A stretch of DNA of 64,000 nt. Source: Nitrosopumilus sp. Lineage in GTDB: Archaea > Thermoproteota > Nitrososphaeria > Nitrososphaerales > Nitrosopumilaceae. The position numbers and the translations under genes are program-made. Position 1 is the stretch's first letter. Each line of letters starts with the position of its first letter. This document shows positions 61,829-64,000 of the stretch, piece by piece. The stretch is taken from contig OZ240211.1 in the NCBI GenBank assembly GCA_965197525.1, forward strand, positions 960,001 through 1,024,000, read 5' to 3'. The notes under the pieces are model-generated. The model was given only the letters and a program-made list of their open reading frames with translations, was not told the origin of the DNA and made no database searches.

Positions 61829-63433
61829 TCATTTTATCAATCTTGTAATAGTCTTCTTCCTTGTTATCCGTGCTTTGAGTTTCCAGACGATAGTTGCAGG
61901 AACTATAACATACATGCCAACGTTGAGCATTATTACCAAACTTCCCAACCCCAGAGTATGAACCTCAGAGCCATTGTCAGCTAGAGCCATTACATTCAAC
62001 GAATAGATCATAGGAGCAATCGCATGTTTGATCATATGACGAACAGCAGGGATCTCCCTCTCAAAGTCTGCTACTGTAGGCGAAAATGTATAGTATATAG
62101 AATTAAACACAGACATAAAGGATGTACCTGATTCAGTAGAGAGCAGACGCTCATCTCTTATCTCACGCAAGAGTTGCACTTGTGGTGCAAGCTCTGTACC
62201 ATAAGCAGCAGTAGCGATTAGACATCCACCACCATCATCATCATCAGAGATATCGTTTGATCTCCCCATGGCATCGACATCACCTGCAATAGATGCAACA
62301 GCAGGTAGAATTCTATATATGTTATTATCCACATGACTTGCAAGATACAAGTATCCATCAGGACCGTTGACCATTCCGGTTATACAGCCAAACTCCTTGC
62401 CAATTATTATCTCATCCATAGAATCACCACTGTCTACTAGTAGGTCCTGAAGAGCAGGATCACTGAATACAAATCCGTCGCGTTCGGAGTTTAGTTGAAA
62501 TCTGTACAGATTGCTGTTGTTACAATCGCCAACAAAGAGCGAGTCGTTGTATGCATCAGTCTCCTTAAAGTCGATAAAACTCAAGGCCGCAGGTGCAACC
62601 GTGCGCAACCAGCTGAATTTGGGATCTTGGTATGTATAGTCCTCATATCCGATAAAACTCTCCAATTCTGCAGCTGTTGCAGGACCCATGATATGTGACC
62701 ATCCACTGTTAAAGCCTGCAGGTACTTGGTTAATCTCATCAAAATCATCATCTCCGTTTTCAGTAATCCACATAATGCCAGTTTGCGGATCTATGGCAAG
62801 ACCAAAACTGTTTCGAATGCCTACGGCATGATATGGTCCTTGTGGCTCTATCTGCAAAACTGCACTAGTGTCCAGATAATCAGTAATTCCGGGAGGATAC
62901 AGAGTCTCTAGAGATTTATTTTGAAGTGGTCCGTATCTGCCAGTGTCACCTATTATTGCATACACCTTACCGTCTAGTCCCGTTACCATTACGCCACTAT
63001 TATGATACAGATTTGCAGGTAACTCTTTAACCAGGACAGGATCAATTAACGATTGACCGTCCCATGTATACTTGGTAATTTTGTTGAGCATGATGTCTTC
63101 ATTGCTTGTATTGTCTGTATGATAAATGTATACAGTAGAATCCACAGATGTAATTCCAAGCAAGCCGGTTTCACGAATGGGATTGGTATCCACAATTAGA
63201 ACAGATTCAGATTGTAGCACTCCATCATGAATCAATCTAACATGGCCGTTTTTTTGTAAAACAAGTAAATTATCCTCATCAACAAAGTTCATAGTTGTCA
63301 CACCACAGCAAAGTCCAGTGACATACTTTTCTAAGATAAGGTTATCATCAACTAAGAATGGCTCAGCATATGCACTATGAAACGAGATTGCGATAAATAG
63401 TACAGAGACAACGGATATTGGTAATAAAATCAT
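61829..63433 (-). CDS. PQQ-dependent glucose/sorbosone dehydrogenase-like secreted protein with CFI-box-CTERM domain
   Basis: GIRNSFGLAIDP, DEIN...GFNSGW and GPDGYLY motifs; GGGCLIATAAYGTELAPQVQLLRE. Confidence 0.88.
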   Translation of the reverse strand: MILLPISVVSVLFIAISFHSAYAEPFLVDDNLILEKYVTGLCCGVTTMNFVDEDNLLVLQKNGHVRLIHDGVLQSESVLIVDTNPIRETGLLGITSVDSTVYIYHTDNTSNEDIMLNKITKYTWDGQSLIDPVLVKELPANLYHNSGVMVTGLDGKVYAIIGDTGRYGPLQNKSLETLYPPGITDYLDTSAVLQIEPQGPYHAVGIRNSFGLAIDPQTGIMWITENGDDDFDEINQVPAGFNSGWSHIMGPATAAELESFIGYEDYTYQDPKFSWLRTVAPAALSFIDFKETDAYNDSLFVGDCNNSNLYRFQLNSERDGFVFSDPALQDLLVDSGDSMDEIIIGKEFGCITGMVNGPDGYLYLASHVDNNIYRILPAVASIAGDVDAMGRSNDISDDDDGGGCLIATAAYGTELAPQVQLLREIRDERLLSTESGTSFMSVFNSIYYTFSPTVADFEREIPAVRHMIKHAIAPMIYSLNVMALADNGSEVHTLGLGSLVIMLNVGMYVIVPATIVWKLKARITRKKTITRLIK

Positions 63434-63545
63434 AATTAAAGGAATTAAAAAAACAATATACCTGTTGTGTTTGATTAGATTTATCTAGAATACTGTAAAT
63501 ATTTACAAATTATTTTAGAATTTGCTGGGGTTTAGTAAAAATCAG

Positions 63546-63728
63546 CTAACGTCGTTTTCTTCTTTGTCCAGGCTTGTTTTGACCTGGAAATCGACCTAGT
63601 ACAAATCGTTTCTTAAAGTTGCTCTTGTTACGAAGACTAGAACTAGTACCTACAATCTTACGTCCTTCAACTTTGGGCGTTTGTCCCCGTACTTTACCTG
63701 CTTTGGTAAGCGAACCGTGAGTTGCCAT
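63546..63728 (-). CDS. rps30e: 30S ribosomal protein S30e
   Basis: HGSLTKAGKVRGQTPKV motif. Confidence 0.96.
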   Translation of the reverse strand: MATHGSLTKAGKVRGQTPKVEGRKIVGTSSSLRNKSNFKKRFVLGRFPGQNKPGQRRKRR

Positions 63729-64000
63729 AGCATAATACCAGAATTAGTAAATTTATGTATTTTGATTGTCTATTGGTGTGGTGTTGTATGAAAAACAGTT
63801 CGTCATTTTTGCGTGTCATTAGACCGTATTGTGTGTAACCCCTAGATAATGACGCACCCCCTACATCCACATGAATGGGCAGCAAAAGCTTTAGACCGGC
63901 AAAGATAAAATGGAATCATTCCTAAATTCTGCTATGGACGCATCTGTTTCTAGGCTCCGCAAATACGTCTCAGACCTTCTAACATACAAGATGAACGAAC

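Noticed and set aside
63694-64000. ORF 63694-63885 (-) and an open frame starting at 63910 (+)
   Set aside because: No recognisable motifs; the first overlaps rps30e and the second is cut by the window edge.

Overview
Archaeal chromosomal window that is best read as Nitrososphaerota (Thaumarchaeota), family Nitrosopumilaceae. The supporting markers are a type IB topoisomerase, the ADP-forming 3-hydroxypropionyl-CoA synthetase/dehydratase pair of the 3HP/4HB cycle, LysW-dependent Arg/Lys genes, and PEFG- and CFI-box C-terminal sorting signals. The backbone is housekeeping: ribosomal proteins, split B12-dependent MetH, the arg/lys cluster, dph5, ribK, dnaG, gdh, psmA, rpoF, ksgA, top1B and two tRNAs. 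Over this sit signs of genome erosion and host association: long AT-rich gene-free gaps, microsatellites, a decayed ABC ATPase, a toxin-antitoxin remnant, and IS630 and IS5 elements flanking a large repetitive FG-GAP/Ig surface-protein gene with two identical frameshifts and hypervariable codons. The most unusual element is a tnpB gene with intact catalytic motifs (32311-33507). It is bounded by perfect 24-bp terminal inverted repeats starting GGTTCTGT (IS6-like) and an 8-bp target-site duplication, and its 3' end folds into a hairpin with the right inverted repeat. Product calls come from motif recognition only; no database search was run.
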